From assembly GCA_963663235.2 (NCBI GenBank), contig CAXXNO010000004.1, forward strand, positions 768,001-832,000: a stretch of 64,000 bases of DNA. The letters are read 5' to 3'. The stretch is from Dehalococcoidia bacterium (GTDB lineage Bacteria > Chloroflexota > Dehalococcoidia > Bin125). This document shows positions 16,705 to 27,154 of the stretch, piece after piece (positions within the stretch are counted from its first letter, which is position 1; each line of letters opens with the position of its first letter). The translations under genes were made by a program, and so were the position numbers. The notes under the pieces are model-generated. The model was not told the DNA's origin, did no database searches, and was given only the letters and a program-made list of their open reading frames with translations.

Positions 16705-18492
16705 ATGAGCGACCTGAAAAATAAAGTGATGCGACGACGGGTCAGCCGGCGCAGCATTCTGGCGGCGTCGGGCGCGGCCGGGCTGGGGGCAGCGGGGCTG
16801 GCCTTGGTGGGCTGCGGCGACGACGACGACGAAGCGATATCGCAAGCCATTGCGCAGGTGATTGAAGAAGAGGCGGAGCCCGTCGAGCAGGTGGCGGCAG
16901 AGGAAGGCTTCGCGCCGGCGACCGTGGACCAGGTGCCGCCGCGGTCCGCCAAGGACCAGGCGATCCTGGCGATCGCGGCCACGCCGCTGGCGGCGGACCC
17001 GGACTTCGGCCATGGCAGCCCGCAGACGTGGGAGTCGTGGATGAACGTCCACGACCAACCGCTGAAGTTCGGCTGGGCGGAGTACCCCTTTGACGTGGGG
17101 GCGGTGGAGAATGTCGGCTACGTCTCGTTCAAGGACGAGGACATCCTGCCGTGGATGCACGAGTCCTTCCCGGAGTTGAGTGAAGACGGCACGAGCGCCA
17201 CGCACCGGATCAAGCCGGGCGTGCTGAGCTCCACGGGGAACGAGCTGACGGCCGATGACTTCGCTTGGCGGATCGACCGGGCGTTCCAGCTGGCGGGGAT
17301 CGGCGCGTTCTTCATGAACCTGCTGACGGTGGACCCGGCCAACCCGTACGAGATCATCGACAAGTACACCTTCAAGGTGAACGCCACAGCGCCGAACGGA
17401 CTGCTGGCACCGATCTGGGCGAACAGCGCCTGGCAGCCGCTGGACTCCGTGGAGGCCAAGAAGAACACCACCGCGGACGACGAGTGGGCCGTCGACTGGA
17501 TGGCGCAGAGCGCGGTGGGGTTCGGCGGCACCAAGATCAACAGCTTCGGCACGGGTGAGCGGGTGATCTACGGCGCGAACCCCAACTACTTCCGGGGTGA
17601 GCCGCCGATCAAGGAGATCATCTACGACGAGATCCCGTCGGCGTCCAACCGGCTGGCCGCGGTGGCGGCCGGTGAGGCGGACGCCGCGTACGGGCTCCCG
17701 GGCGAGCTGTTCGCCCAGGCGCAGAAAGAGGAGATCCAGAACCCGATCGCGATCAAGGGGAACTTCATCTGGTTCGCCTTCATGAACTCGCTGCGCGACC
17801 CGTTCCGCGACCCGCGGACACGCCAGGCGATGAACTGGGCGACGCCGCGGCAAGATATCCTGGATACGACGTTCGGCGGGCTGGGCAACGCCTGGACCAC
17901 GGTGATGACGTCGATCTGGGAGGGCATCTGCTTCGACTGCGCGCCGTGGGGCGTCGAGCCGGACTTCGCCGAGGCCAAGAAGTTGCTGGATGCGGCGGGG
18001 CAGGCGGACGGCTTCGAGGTCACCATTGACACGAACAGCTCGCGGGCGCAGGACGAGCGGATGGCCGTCCTCATGCAGGACGCGTACAAGAACATCAACG
18101 TGAACATGTCCATCAGCCCGCAGCCGGAAGGGCCGTTCATCGCCGAGGGCACGGGCAAGCAGAAGGTCATGGCGTTCTGGCAGGATGCCTACATCCAGCC
18201 CGACCCGATCTACTTCCTGGCGCTGGGCTACGACGCGGGCTTGAGCGGCATCAACAACTACGGGCAGTTGGACGACCCGCTGTTGAACGACTTGATCGCA
18301 CAAGCGTCGGCGAAGCTGACGAGTCCAGAGCGCGCGGAGATTGCGGTCCCGATCCAGGAGCGCGTCGTCGAGCTCTCGCCGTACATCTGGCTGGTGGAGC
18401 CGTTCTACGTCAACGTCATCAACGAGAACTTGCGCGGATGGCGCTGGCACACGACCCAGGAGACCTACTGGTCCGACATGTACTTCGTGTAG
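16705..18492 (+). CDS. ABC family-5 solute-binding lipoprotein with Tat signal (copy 2)
   Basis: Tandem paralogue of 14328-16115, same length, offset 2377 nt. Confidence 0.9.
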   Translation: MSDLKNKVMRRRVSRRSILAASGAAGLGAAGLALVGCGDDDDEAISQAIAQVIEEEAEPVEQVAAEEGFAPATVDQVPPRSAKDQAILAIAATPLAADPDFGHGSPQTWESWMNVHDQPLKFGWAEYPFDVGAVENVGYVSFKDEDILPWMHESFPELSEDGTSATHRIKPGVLSSTGNELTADDFAWRIDRAFQLAGIGAFFMNLLTVDPANPYEIIDKYTFKVNATAPNGLLAPIWANSAWQPLDSVEAKKNTTADDEWAVDWMAQSAVGFGGTKINSFGTGERVIYGANPNYFRGEPPIKEIIYDEIPSASNRLAAVAAGEADAAYGLPGELFAQAQKEEIQNPIAIKGNFIWFAFMNSLRDPFRDPRTRQAMNWATPRQDILDTTFGGLGNAWTTVMTSIWEGICFDCAPWGVEPDFAEAKKLLDAAGQADGFEVTIDTNSSRAQDERMAVLMQDAYKNINVNMSISPQPEGPFIAEGTGKQKVMAFWQDAYIQPDPIYFLALGYDAGLSGINNYGQLDDPLLNDLIAQASAKLTSPERAEIAVPIQERVVELSPYIWLVEPFYVNVINENLRGWRWHTTQETYWSDMYFV

Positions 18493-18522
18493 GTTTTCTC
18501 GCAGGGTTGGAAGCGAACGAAG

Positions 18523-18550
18523 GAGGGGGCCGCCTGCGGGCGGCCCCCTC
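18523..18550. terminator. GC hairpin after SBP copy 2
   Basis: GAGGGGGCCGCC-TGCG-GGCGGCCCCCTC; stem conserved with copy 1, loop varied. Confidence 0.6.
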
Positions 18551-18688
18551 GCCTATTTCTGAGGAGGTCCGGCCACACCGCGACGAGCGGCTGCCTTGAG
18601 CGGCAGCGAGCGGCGCGAGCCACCGTACTTCCGCTGCCCTTGGTGGCACAATAGGAAGCCATACGGCCCAGCGAGAGGAAGGTCTGCG

Positions 18689-19249
18689 ATGACTCTCAGT
18701 CGTATCGCACGGGAGCAAGTTCCTGCGCCCTACCGGGCGATGATCGACGAGTCCCTGGAGCTCACAGGAGACGCCCGATTCCTGGAAGTGGCGGCCAACG
18801 CGCCGCACATCACGCACTTCTACTTCGACCAGTTCTACGGGGAGGTCTTCTACGGCGGCAAAGTCGCCGTGCGGATCAAAGAGCTGGTGCGCTTGCGGCT
18901 CTCGCGGCTGCACGGCTGCGCGCTTTGAAACACAGTGAACACCGTCTCGGCGAGACGGTACGGCATCAGCGACGACGAGATCGCCGCGCTGGACGATTAC
19001 GAGCAGGGTCCCTTCGACGAGCGTGAGAAAGCGGCCATCCGGCTGGCCACGATCATGTCCTGGCGAGAGCCCACCGGCACCGTGGACGACGATCTCCTGG
19101 CGCAGCTGCAGGAGTATTTCAGTGACGGGGAGATCCTGGAGCTGGCGATGGTGTGCTCCGTCCTCACGGGCATGGCCAAGCTGCTCTTCGCCTTTGATCT
19201 TGCGGACAAGGAAGCGACCTGCCCGTACAACCCGCCGGACGGGTCCTGA
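18689..19249 (+). CDS. AhpD/carboxymuconolactone-decarboxylase-like selenoprotein (CxxU; Sec at UGA 18926-18928)
   Basis: Two track ORFs are in one frame: IKELVRLRLSRLHGCAL-UGA-NTVNTVSARRYGISDDEIAAL...FDEREKAAIRLA...YFSDGEILEL. Hairpin 12 nt after the UGA. Confidence 0.8.
18941..18959 (+). promoter_or_regulatory. Putative bacterial SECIS hairpin
   Basis: ACCGTCTC-GGC-GAGACGGT: perfect stem with a G-led small loop just 3' of the in-frame UGA. Confidence 0.65.
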
Positions 19250-19282
19250 CGGGTCCGGCACCGGCCGCGTAAGGAGTCCCGC

Positions 19283-20203
19283 ATGGAGTTTGGCGTCCAC
19301 CTGCCTCAGATCGGCCGGACGGGCAGCGGCGAGAACATCCGGCGGCTGGCAGAGCGCGCCGAAGCGCTCGGCTACGAATCGTGTTGGGTCAGCGACCACG
19401 TCACCATCCCAGAGCGGATCGCGTCGCGGTACCCGTACGGGAACGGGCGGCTGCCGGTGGGACCGGAGATCGCCTGGCTCGACCCGCTGGGCACGCTCTG
19501 CTTCGCCGCCGCCTGCACCGAGCGGGTGGCGCTCGGGATCTCGGTGCTGGTGCTGGGGCTGCGGCCGCCGGTGCAGACGGCCAAGCTGATCGCCACGCTG
19601 GACGTGCTGTCAGGGGGGCGTCTGATCCTGGGCATCGGCGTGGGGTGGATGGAAGAGGAGTTCGAGGCCGTGGGGATGCCCTGGGATCATCGCGGGGCGC
19701 GAGCCGACGAACAGCTCGAGGTCTTCGACGCGCTCTTCACTCAGGATCGCCCCGAGCATCACGGCCGTTTCTACGAATTCGAGCGGATCGGCTTCAACCC
19801 CAAGCCGATCCGCGGCCGTGTCCCGATCTGGGTGGGCGGCAGCAGCCCCGCCGCCTACCGGCGCGCGGCGCGCTACGGAGACAACTTCCATAGCGTGGCT
19901 TCGACGACGCCGCCGTCGGAGGTGCAGCAGCAGTGGGAGGCGGCGCGCCGCTTCGCCGAGGAGCAGGGGCGGGACCCCGACTCGGTGGCGCTCAGCCTGC
20001 GGGCCTGGCTGCGCTACGGCGCCGAGGACATCGGCGACGGTTCCTTCAGCGGCAGCGACGACCAGATCGTCGAGAGCATCGAGCGCTGGGCCGCGATCGG
20101 CGTATCGCACATCGCGATGGACATCGTGAGCCCGGGCGGGATCGAGCAGCAGGTGGAGTCGATTGAGCGCTTCGCCGCGAACGTGCGGCCGCAGTTGGGC
20201 TGA
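19283..20203 (+). CDS. LLM-class, probably F420-dependent, oxidoreductase (Rv2161c-like)
   Basis: AEALGYESCWVSDH...WLDPLGTL...AKLIATLDVLSGGRLILGIGVGWMEEEF. Confidence 0.9.
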   Translation: MEFGVHLPQIGRTGSGENIRRLAERAEALGYESCWVSDHVTIPERIASRYPYGNGRLPVGPEIAWLDPLGTLCFAAACTERVALGISVLVLGLRPPVQTAKLIATLDVLSGGRLILGIGVGWMEEEFEAVGMPWDHRGARADEQLEVFDALFTQDRPEHHGRFYEFERIGFNPKPIRGRVPIWVGGSSPAAYRRAARYGDNFHSVASTTPPSEVQQQWEAARRFAEEQGRDPDSVALSLRAWLRYGAEDIGDGSFSGSDDQIVESIERWAAIGVSHIAMDIVSPGGIEQQVESIERFAANVRPQLG

Positions 20204-20213
20204 GGCCGGCAGG

Positions 20214-21050
20214 ATGGCGGGCAAGCATCCCAGCGGCAAGCGGGTCATTGTCACCGGCGCGACCGCAGGGATCGGCAGAGCGACGGCGCGGCTGTTCGCG
20301 CAGGAGGGCGCGCGCGTCGCCGCCGTGGCGCGACGCCAGGAGCGGCTGGAGGCGCTGGCCGGGGAAAGCGACGGGATGGCGGGGTCGATCATCCCCATCG
20401 TCGCGGACCTGTCCAACGAAGCGGACGCCCGGCGGATGGTGGACGAAGCCGCCGCCGCCCTGGGCGGGGTGGACATTCTGATCAACAACGCCGCGGCGGC
20501 GATGATGGGAGAGTTGATCGACGCGGATCTGCAACGTTGGCGCTACATGCTGGACGTCAACTATTTCGGTCCGGCGGCGGCGATCCAGGCGGCCATCCCG
20601 CACCTGCGGCAAGCGGGGGGCGGGCAGATCATCAACATCTCATCGACGGTGGCCAAGCGGTCGATGCCGGGCAGCGCCCCGTACTGCTCCTCCAAGATGG
20701 CGTTGGACGGGATCAGCGAAGGGCTGCGCCAGGAGCTGGAGCCGGAGGGCATCCGCGTGATCGTGGTCTACCCGGGGCTGACCGCTACCGAAGTCTACGA
20801 CGCCCTCCTGGCGATGGGGCCGCTGCCCAAGCCGGGCGGTTTCTGGGGGCTGCTGTTCCGGCTGCGCAGCAAGGTCCGCCGGGGCGTGCCGCCCGGGCAC
20901 GTGGCGCGCACGATCCTCAAGGCATCGCGGCGGGGGCAGCGGGAGGCCTACGTGACGATCGGTGACAAGCTGTCCGTGCAGCTGGCGGGCCTTGCCCCGG
21001 CGGTCATGGATTGGGTAGTGGCAGGGATGTACGGCAAACGGCGGACGTAG
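20214..21050 (+). CDS. Short-chain dehydrogenase/reductase
   Basis: TGATAGIG, NNA, YCSSK catalytic motif. Confidence 0.92.
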   Translation: MAGKHPSGKRVIVTGATAGIGRATARLFAQEGARVAAVARRQERLEALAGESDGMAGSIIPIVADLSNEADARRMVDEAAAALGGVDILINNAAAAMMGELIDADLQRWRYMLDVNYFGPAAAIQAAIPHLRQAGGGQIINISSTVAKRSMPGSAPYCSSKMALDGISEGLRQELEPEGIRVIVVYPGLTATEVYDALLAMGPLPKPGGFWGLLFRLRSKVRRGVPPGHVARTILKASRRGQREAYVTIGDKLSVQLAGLAPAVMDWVVAGMYGKRRT

Positions 21051-21137
21051 CGGGGCGCGGCGTCCGCGCGATCATCGAAGCGCGCTGCATGCGATGGTGG
21101 GCATCAAGGCAGCGGGCGCACTCCAGGAAGGCGTGTC

Positions 21138-22274
21138 ATGCCCTCGACGCTGACGAACGAGCTGTGCGAGATGCTGGGCATCGAGTACCCGATCATCCTG
21201 GCGGGCATGGGGGGCGCCGCCGGTCCGCAGCTGGCCGCGGCCGTTTCCGAGGCCGGCGGGCTGGGCGTGGTGGGAGCGAGCGGCTACAGCCCGGACGAGC
21301 TCTCGGGCATGATCGCCACGGTGCGATCGCTGACGGACAAGCCGTTTGGGGTCGACCTGCTCGTGCCCTCGTCGCTGGCGGAGAGCGGCAACCAGGAGGA
21401 CTTGGAAGCGCAGATCCCGGAAGAGCATCGGCAGTTCGTGGAGGAGCTGCGGCGCGAGTTCAAGCTCCCGAAGGCGAAGCAGCGACCGTACTTCATGCCC
21501 CCCACGCAGGAGTACTTCCGCAAGCAGGTGGCCGTGACGCTGGACGAGAAGGTTCCCGTCTTCGCCAGCGGGTTGGGGGACCCCGCCTGGATGGTGCCAG
21601 ACGCGCACGCGCAAGGCATGACGGTGATGGCCCTTGTGGGCAACACGAAGAACGCCAAGCGCGTAGCGGCGGGGGGCGCGGACGTAGTGGTGGCGCAAGG
21701 GACCGAGGCCGGCGGGCACACGGGGCGGATCGGCACGATGGCGCTGGTGCCGCAGGTCGTCGACGCCGTGTATCCAACCACGGTGGTTGCGGCAGGCGGC
21801 ATCGGCGATGGGCGAGGGCTGGTGGCGGCGCTGGCCCTGGGCGCGGCAGGAGTCTGGTGCGGCACGGCGTTCCTGGCCACGCCGGAGGCCTACCTGGACG
21901 CGGAGGAGCGCGGCGAGACCAACGCGTGGACGCGCCAGGTCCAGCAGCAGAAGCTGATCGCGGCCAGCGATGAGGATACGCGCGTCGGGAAGATGTACAC
22001 GGGCAAGCCGGTGCGCCACGTGCACAACGCCTGGACCGAGGCGTGGGAGCGGCCCGAGGCGCCGGCGACGCTGCCGACGCCCTTGCAAGAGCTACTGGTG
22101 AACGACGCGCTGCAAGGCGCCCGCGAAGGGCACGTGGAGGCGCTGATCGGAGGGCCGGCGGGCAACGCGGCAGGACTCATCAAGGCGGTCCACCCCGCGC
22201 GGGACGTGCTAGCAGCGATGGCGCGCGAAGCGGAGGCGCTGCTGGAGCGGCTGCCGCGATCGCCGCGGACCTAA
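21138..22274 (+). CDS. Nitronate monooxygenase / FabK-like FMN enzyme
   Basis: YPIILAGMGG, AQGTEAGGHTG, AAGGIGDGRG, GVWCGTAF. Confidence 0.9.
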   Translation: MPSTLTNELCEMLGIEYPIILAGMGGAAGPQLAAAVSEAGGLGVVGASGYSPDELSGMIATVRSLTDKPFGVDLLVPSSLAESGNQEDLEAQIPEEHRQFVEELRREFKLPKAKQRPYFMPPTQEYFRKQVAVTLDEKVPVFASGLGDPAWMVPDAHAQGMTVMALVGNTKNAKRVAAGGADVVVAQGTEAGGHTGRIGTMALVPQVVDAVYPTTVVAAGGIGDGRGLVAALALGAAGVWCGTAFLATPEAYLDAEERGETNAWTRQVQQQKLIAASDEDTRVGKMYTGKPVRHVHNAWTEAWERPEAPATLPTPLQELLVNDALQGAREGHVEALIGGPAGNAAGLIKAVHPARDVLAAMAREAEALLERLPRSPRT

Positions 22275-22334
22275 ATTCGGGCCGGACTATACTGGGCCGG
22301 CGGCGGGGCGGCCCGCATGACCGAAGGGAGCGTC

Positions 22335-24116
22335 ATGGCAACCGAGCGTGGAGCGTCGGTCGACCCGATCACTTTCGAAGTGCTGCGCGGGGCCTTCGTG
22401 GCGATGTGCAACGAGATGGCGCTGGTCGTCGCCAAGACGGCCTACTCCACGCCGGTGAACGAGGGGCGCGACTTCGCCAGCGGCCTCTACGACGGGGAGG
22501 GGAAGCTGATCTCGCAGGGAGAGTTCGACCTGCCGGCGTTCGTAGGGCTGACGCACCTCACGGTGCCGGAGGTGATCCGGGCCATTGGGCGGGACAACAT
22601 GGAGCCCGAAGACATCTACATGATCAACGACCCGTATGTCGCGTCCACGCACTGTAACGACATTCACTTCGTCAAACCGATCTTCATGGACGGGAGCCTG
22701 GTGGCGTTCGTCTCGACCACGGCGCACTGGTCGGACGTGGGGGGTATAGCGCCGGGCTCGCTGATCTGCGTGGCACGCTCCCACTTTGAGGAAGGGATGC
22801 GGATCCCAGCCGTGCGGATCTACGAGCGCGGCGAGCTGAACACCGACGTGCTCCATTTGCTGCTGGCCAACATGCGCCAGGAGTGGGAGCGGCTTGGTGA
22901 CTTCAACGCGCAGGTCGCGGCGACCAGAGCGGGGGAGTCCCGGTTCCGCGTCATCGTGAAGCGGCACGGCCTGGACGCCGTCCTGAAGACCATGGCCGAC
23001 GTGCAGGACTACTCCGAGCGGCTGACGCGAACCGCGTTCACGTCGTTGCCGGACGGCACGTATTACGGCGAGGACCGCTGTGACCAGGACATCTTCACCG
23101 GCCTGCCCAAGGTGATGCGGCTCAACCTGACGATTGACGGGGACCACGCGATCATCGATCTGACGGAGAGCGACGATCCGGCGGAGTGCAGCATCAACTG
23201 CACGATCGCGGCGACGACATCGGCGGTGTTCATCGCGCTGCTGTCGATCCTACCGCCGATCCCGGTGAACAGCGGAGTGCTGCGGGCGATTGAGATCAAA
23301 GCGCGTCCGGGCTCGCTGGCGTGGGCGCTGCCGCCGGTGGGGGTCTCCGGGCTGCCCGCCACGACGATGGATTCCGTCACCAGTTGCACGTGGCAGGCGC
23401 TGGGCCAAGCGATACCCGAGCGGGGCATCGGGTCCGCGTACAGCATCCTGAACGCCGTCTTCTCCGGCTTCGACGAGCGGCCGGAGTTCCAATCGCCGTT
23501 CATCAATTACGTGTGGGGATTCGGTGGCATGGGAGCGGCGCAGACGCACGACGGCACGAGCGCCGCGGCCGCTCCCTACGGCGGCAGCATCCAGACCATC
23601 CCCGCAGAGCTCCAGGAGCGACGCTACCCGGTGCTGTGGAGGCGCCACCAGTTCCGGCAAGGCTCGGGCGGCCCGGGCGCATCACGCGGGGGATTGGGAC
23701 TGGACGAGCTGGTGGAGTTCCCGTTCCAATCGGGGACCGTCTCCTGCATCGGAGCGCGCGAGCGGTTCGGGGCGCCGGGAATTTTCGCCGGTGAGGAGGG
23801 CGGGACGTCCGGGTTGATCCTGAACCAAGGGACGGAGTCGGAACGGAACCTGGGCGTGCTCTGCCTGCACGAGCCCGTGGCCGCGGGCGAGATCATGTCC
23901 ATGTGGGCAGGCGGCGGGGGCGGCTACGGGGATCCGTTGGACCGTCCGGTTGAGGAGGTCGTCGAGGACGTCAAGGACGAATACGTGTCGATCGAGCAGG
24001 CGCGCACGCAGTACGGCGTGCTGGTGCGCGAGATCGACCGTCGCACGCTGGACTACGCGGCCGACGAGCAGGCCACCACGACGCTGCGGCAGGAGATGCG
24101 CGCCGCGCGCTCCTAA
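22335..24116 (+). CDS. Hydantoinase B / 5-oxoprolinase family protein (paralogue 1)
   Basis: DPITFEV...NDPYVASTHCND...AHWSDVGG...EEGMRIP...GGGGGYGDP. Start 22317 or 22335. Confidence 0.9.
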   Translation: MATERGASVDPITFEVLRGAFVAMCNEMALVVAKTAYSTPVNEGRDFASGLYDGEGKLISQGEFDLPAFVGLTHLTVPEVIRAIGRDNMEPEDIYMINDPYVASTHCNDIHFVKPIFMDGSLVAFVSTTAHWSDVGGIAPGSLICVARSHFEEGMRIPAVRIYERGELNTDVLHLLLANMRQEWERLGDFNAQVAATRAGESRFRVIVKRHGLDAVLKTMADVQDYSERLTRTAFTSLPDGTYYGEDRCDQDIFTGLPKVMRLNLTIDGDHAIIDLTESDDPAECSINCTIAATTSAVFIALLSILPPIPVNSGVLRAIEIKARPGSLAWALPPVGVSGLPATTMDSVTSCTWQALGQAIPERGIGSAYSILNAVFSGFDERPEFQSPFINYVWGFGGMGAAQTHDGTSAAAAPYGGSIQTIPAELQERRYPVLWRRHQFRQGSGGPGASRGGLGLDELVEFPFQSGTVSCIGARERFGAPGIFAGEEGGTSGLILNQGTESERNLGVLCLHEPVAAGEIMSMWAGGGGGYGDPLDRPVEEVVEDVKDEYVSIEQARTQYGVLVREIDRRTLDYAADEQATTTLRQEMRAARS

Positions 24117-24144
24117 CTCGTGGCCCGCCCAGCGGCGTGGCGGA

Positions 24145-25059
24145 TCAGACCGCCACGCGCGCCTTCACCCACTCGCCGATGCGGTCGATGGCCTGCTGCC
24201 CCTCGGGAACCATGCCAGCGAACTGCTGCCAGACGTGGAACATCTCCGGCCAGATCTCCATCGTGACGTCCACGCCGGCCGCCTTCGCCTTGTCCGCCAC
24301 GCGGGTGGTGTCATCGAGGATGAGCTCGGCGTCGCCGGCCTGCATCAGCAGCGGCGGCAGGCCGCGGAGGTCGGCGTAGAGGGGTGAGGCGAGCGGGTTG
24401 CGGGCATCGGCGCCCTTGAGATACATCGCGGCGTTGGCAAGGAGATGATCCGCCCTGATCATCGGGTCGGCGTCGCGGCGGCTTTCCATCGACTCGCCGG
24501 TGCCGGCCAGGTCGGCCCAGGCGGAGAGGGTGACCGCGCCATCGGGCATCGGGACGCCGGCGTCGCGGGCGGCGAGGAGAGTGGCGAGCGCAAGACCGCC
24601 GCCGGCGGAATCGCCGGCGATGAACGTCTGCGCCGCGGGCTTGGGGCCAACGGGGCCGTTGTCGCGCATCCAACGCAGTCCCGCGAGCCCGTCATCGACC
24701 GCAGCGGGGAACGGGTCCTCGGGCGCCATGCGGTAGGCCAGGAAGAGCATGGAGCAGCCGGTGGCGGCGGAGATGCGAGCCACCATGTCACGATGGGTGT
24801 TAAGCGAGCCCATGACGTAGCCGCCGCCGTGCAGATAGAGCAAGCGGCTGTCGGGGTCGGCGCCAGGGGCGCGCACCCACTCCGCGGCGACGCCGGCGGC
24901 ATCGACGGGAGTCACCGAAGTGCCCTCCGGCGGGGGAAGGGCCTTGCTGTCGGTCATCGCGCGCAACTCGCCGATCTTCGATGGGTCCGTGTATTCGCTC
25001 AGGATGTCCCCGAGCTTGGTGACCATCTTGAAGGCCTTGTCGAACTGTGGTGAAGCCAT
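24145..25059 (-). CDS. Alpha/beta hydrolase (HSL-family esterase)
   Basis: YLHGGGY, GDSAGGGL, EMFHVW. Confidence 0.92.
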   Translation of the reverse strand: MASPQFDKAFKMVTKLGDILSEYTDPSKIGELRAMTDSKALPPPEGTSVTPVDAAGVAAEWVRAPGADPDSRLLYLHGGGYVMGSLNTHRDMVARISAATGCSMLFLAYRMAPEDPFPAAVDDGLAGLRWMRDNGPVGPKPAAQTFIAGDSAGGGLALATLLAARDAGVPMPDGAVTLSAWADLAGTGESMESRRDADPMIRADHLLANAAMYLKGADARNPLASPLYADLRGLPPLLMQAGDAELILDDTTRVADKAKAAGVDVTMEIWPEMFHVWQQFAGMVPEGQQAIDRIGEWVKARVAV

Positions 25060-25188
25060 GCGTTGCCCCTCTCGGAAGGTGTGGTCAAGCCGAGCCGTCC
25101 GACAATCCTAGCCGATCTCCACAGCAAGGCAATGCCGAGGGATGGGCCGCGTCCGGTGTGCGAGACCGCGGCCTCTTCCCGCCGCCGA

Positions 25189-27154
25189 CTAGGCGATCGC
25201 GGTCGTGCTCACGGTCAGGACGCCGTCCGCGACGGTCCCCAGGATCTGGATCGGCGCGTCCGACCAGGTGACGCCGCCGGCGCTCTGGCTGTCTGGGAGG
25301 CTGGCGAGATCGAAGCCGTCCACTCGCAGCGATGCTCCCCCGCATTGCGGCGGCAATGACTCGGCGAGCGCCTCACAGAGCCGGACCTCACCGCTCTCAG
25401 CCACGAGGAACCCGTTGACCAGCAGCGGCCCCTGGAGCGTCGTGGTCAGCGCCTCCGGGATGGAGATTCCCGGACCCACGCCGCCGACCGGACCGGATGC
25501 CAGAACGATGTCCTGCGCCGTCTCGGACACGATCCACAGCACCGCGCCCTCGCTGAGGGCGAAGTTGGTGATGCCGAGCGCCGGGATGAACGAGGTCCAG
25601 CTGACGGCGGCCGGGTCGAAGAGCCAGGCGATCTTGACCGTGCCGAAGACATCCGCCGCCTGCGCCGCCCCGAACGCCCAGAAGAGGAACTGGCCGCCGG
25701 CATTGAGGGCGAGGACCTCCGGGGCCGGCGGCTCCTCTTCCGCTTCCTCCTCGACGATCTCGACGAACAACACCGTGGTCAGGTGCGGCAACGACGCCTC
25801 CACCACCACCGGCGGGCCCAGCGACACCACGGTCACCGCGATGACTTCCCCGTTCACAACCACCGCGCCGCTCGCCGCGTCGAACCCCGCCGGCAACTCG
25901 AACTGCACCGTCACCGGCGTCGTGCCGCCGATGTCGGTCCCGTCGCCGGCGACGATGTCGATCTCCACGCCGAACGCCATCGTGCCCGCGGGCAGCCCGG
26001 CCTCCGCCAGCGCGTCCGCGACATCTCCCGCCGAGGCCGGTCGCATGTTCACGGTGATCTCCCTAGTCCCCGTGGGGAGATCGTCCGTGCTGATCTCCAC
26101 GGTCGTGCCATCAGCATCCGTGACCCGGATGTCGCCCCCGTTCGCGGTCTGGGTTTCCACATCGATGGGGCGCCGCCGGCCCGTGACCGGGTCCACCGTG
26201 TGCGTCCCCGTCGCCGGGTCGAACGTGCCTTCGTCCGCCGACGCCGGCGCTGGCGCCGGCCCGAAGCCAACGAGGGGCCCCACGGTGAACGGCGCCGACG
26301 TGCCCGTCTCCACCCCCGTCCCCAGGCCCGCCGCCGGTGTGTCCGTGGCCGTGATCGTCGCGCCGCCGTTGTTGAGTCCGTTGAGGACCAGCCCGTGGTT
26401 GTTCAGCACCCCGTTAGTGAAAACGCCGGTCGTCCCGCCCCCGGCCCCGATCGGCAGGTTGCTGGTGAGGTCCACCGTGTCGCCCGCCAAGTTGAAGTTG
26501 TTGAAGCCGTCATTGAGCGTGTTGTTGAACTGGTCGCGGGCCGATGCCGCCGCCGCCCTGCCGCTCCACCAGGAAGTTGGCCAGAGCGCCGGGCACGTGG
26601 TGGATCGGGTGGGCGTTGGGCGTGTCGAAGGCCGTCACGTTCCCCGCGATCGTCACGTTGGCCGTGCCGTCCCCGACGATGACCGTCTTGCCCGCCAGGG
26701 GCCGCAGCTCCATCCCGGTGATCGAGATGAGGCCGGCCACGCCGACGCCCGCGGCGGTCACGGTCCACGTCGCCACGGTGTTGCCGACGCTGTAGACCGG
26801 CGCAACCGCCGCGCCCGCGCCGCCGCCGAGGTCGATATCCGTCGCGCCGTAGAAGAACCCAGCGGCCGCATCACCGGCCGCCGCGGGATTGAACTCGAGC
26901 CCGGCGGGCGCGGTCAAGGCGAACGTGTTGGTGGCCGCCAGGTCCACCCCCGGCTCATCGGTAAAGTCGATGTCGTCCAGCAAGGTGAAAGCGCCGCCGT
27001 TCGTGTCCGCGTCGATGTCCACGATCAGGCCCGGGAACACCGCGTGCACGGCGAACGCCTTCTCCGACTCGCTGATCACCATCCCGGCGGCGACCACTAG
27101 CGCCAGGAGGATCCTGAAAGAGACGGCATGCGGGAAGCGTGGCAGGGCAGGCAT
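25189..27154 (-). pseudogene. Large secreted Thr/Gly/Ala-rich surface protein, frameshifted near 26540
   Basis: Signal peptide from ATG 27154 (AGGAG RBS). Frame 1 reads ...LVERQGGGGIG; the sensible continuation RDQFNNTLNDGFNNFNLAGDTVDLTSN is in the frame of ORF 25189-26490. Confidence 0.6.

Noticed and set aside
14278-18550. Diversity-generating retroelement template/variable repeat pair
   Set aside because: Both copies are full genes, differences are not adenine-specific, and no reverse transcriptase is present.
16146-18550. Palindromes as REP/MITE mobile elements
   Set aside because: Only two copies, both within the SBP duplication; no target duplication or transposase.
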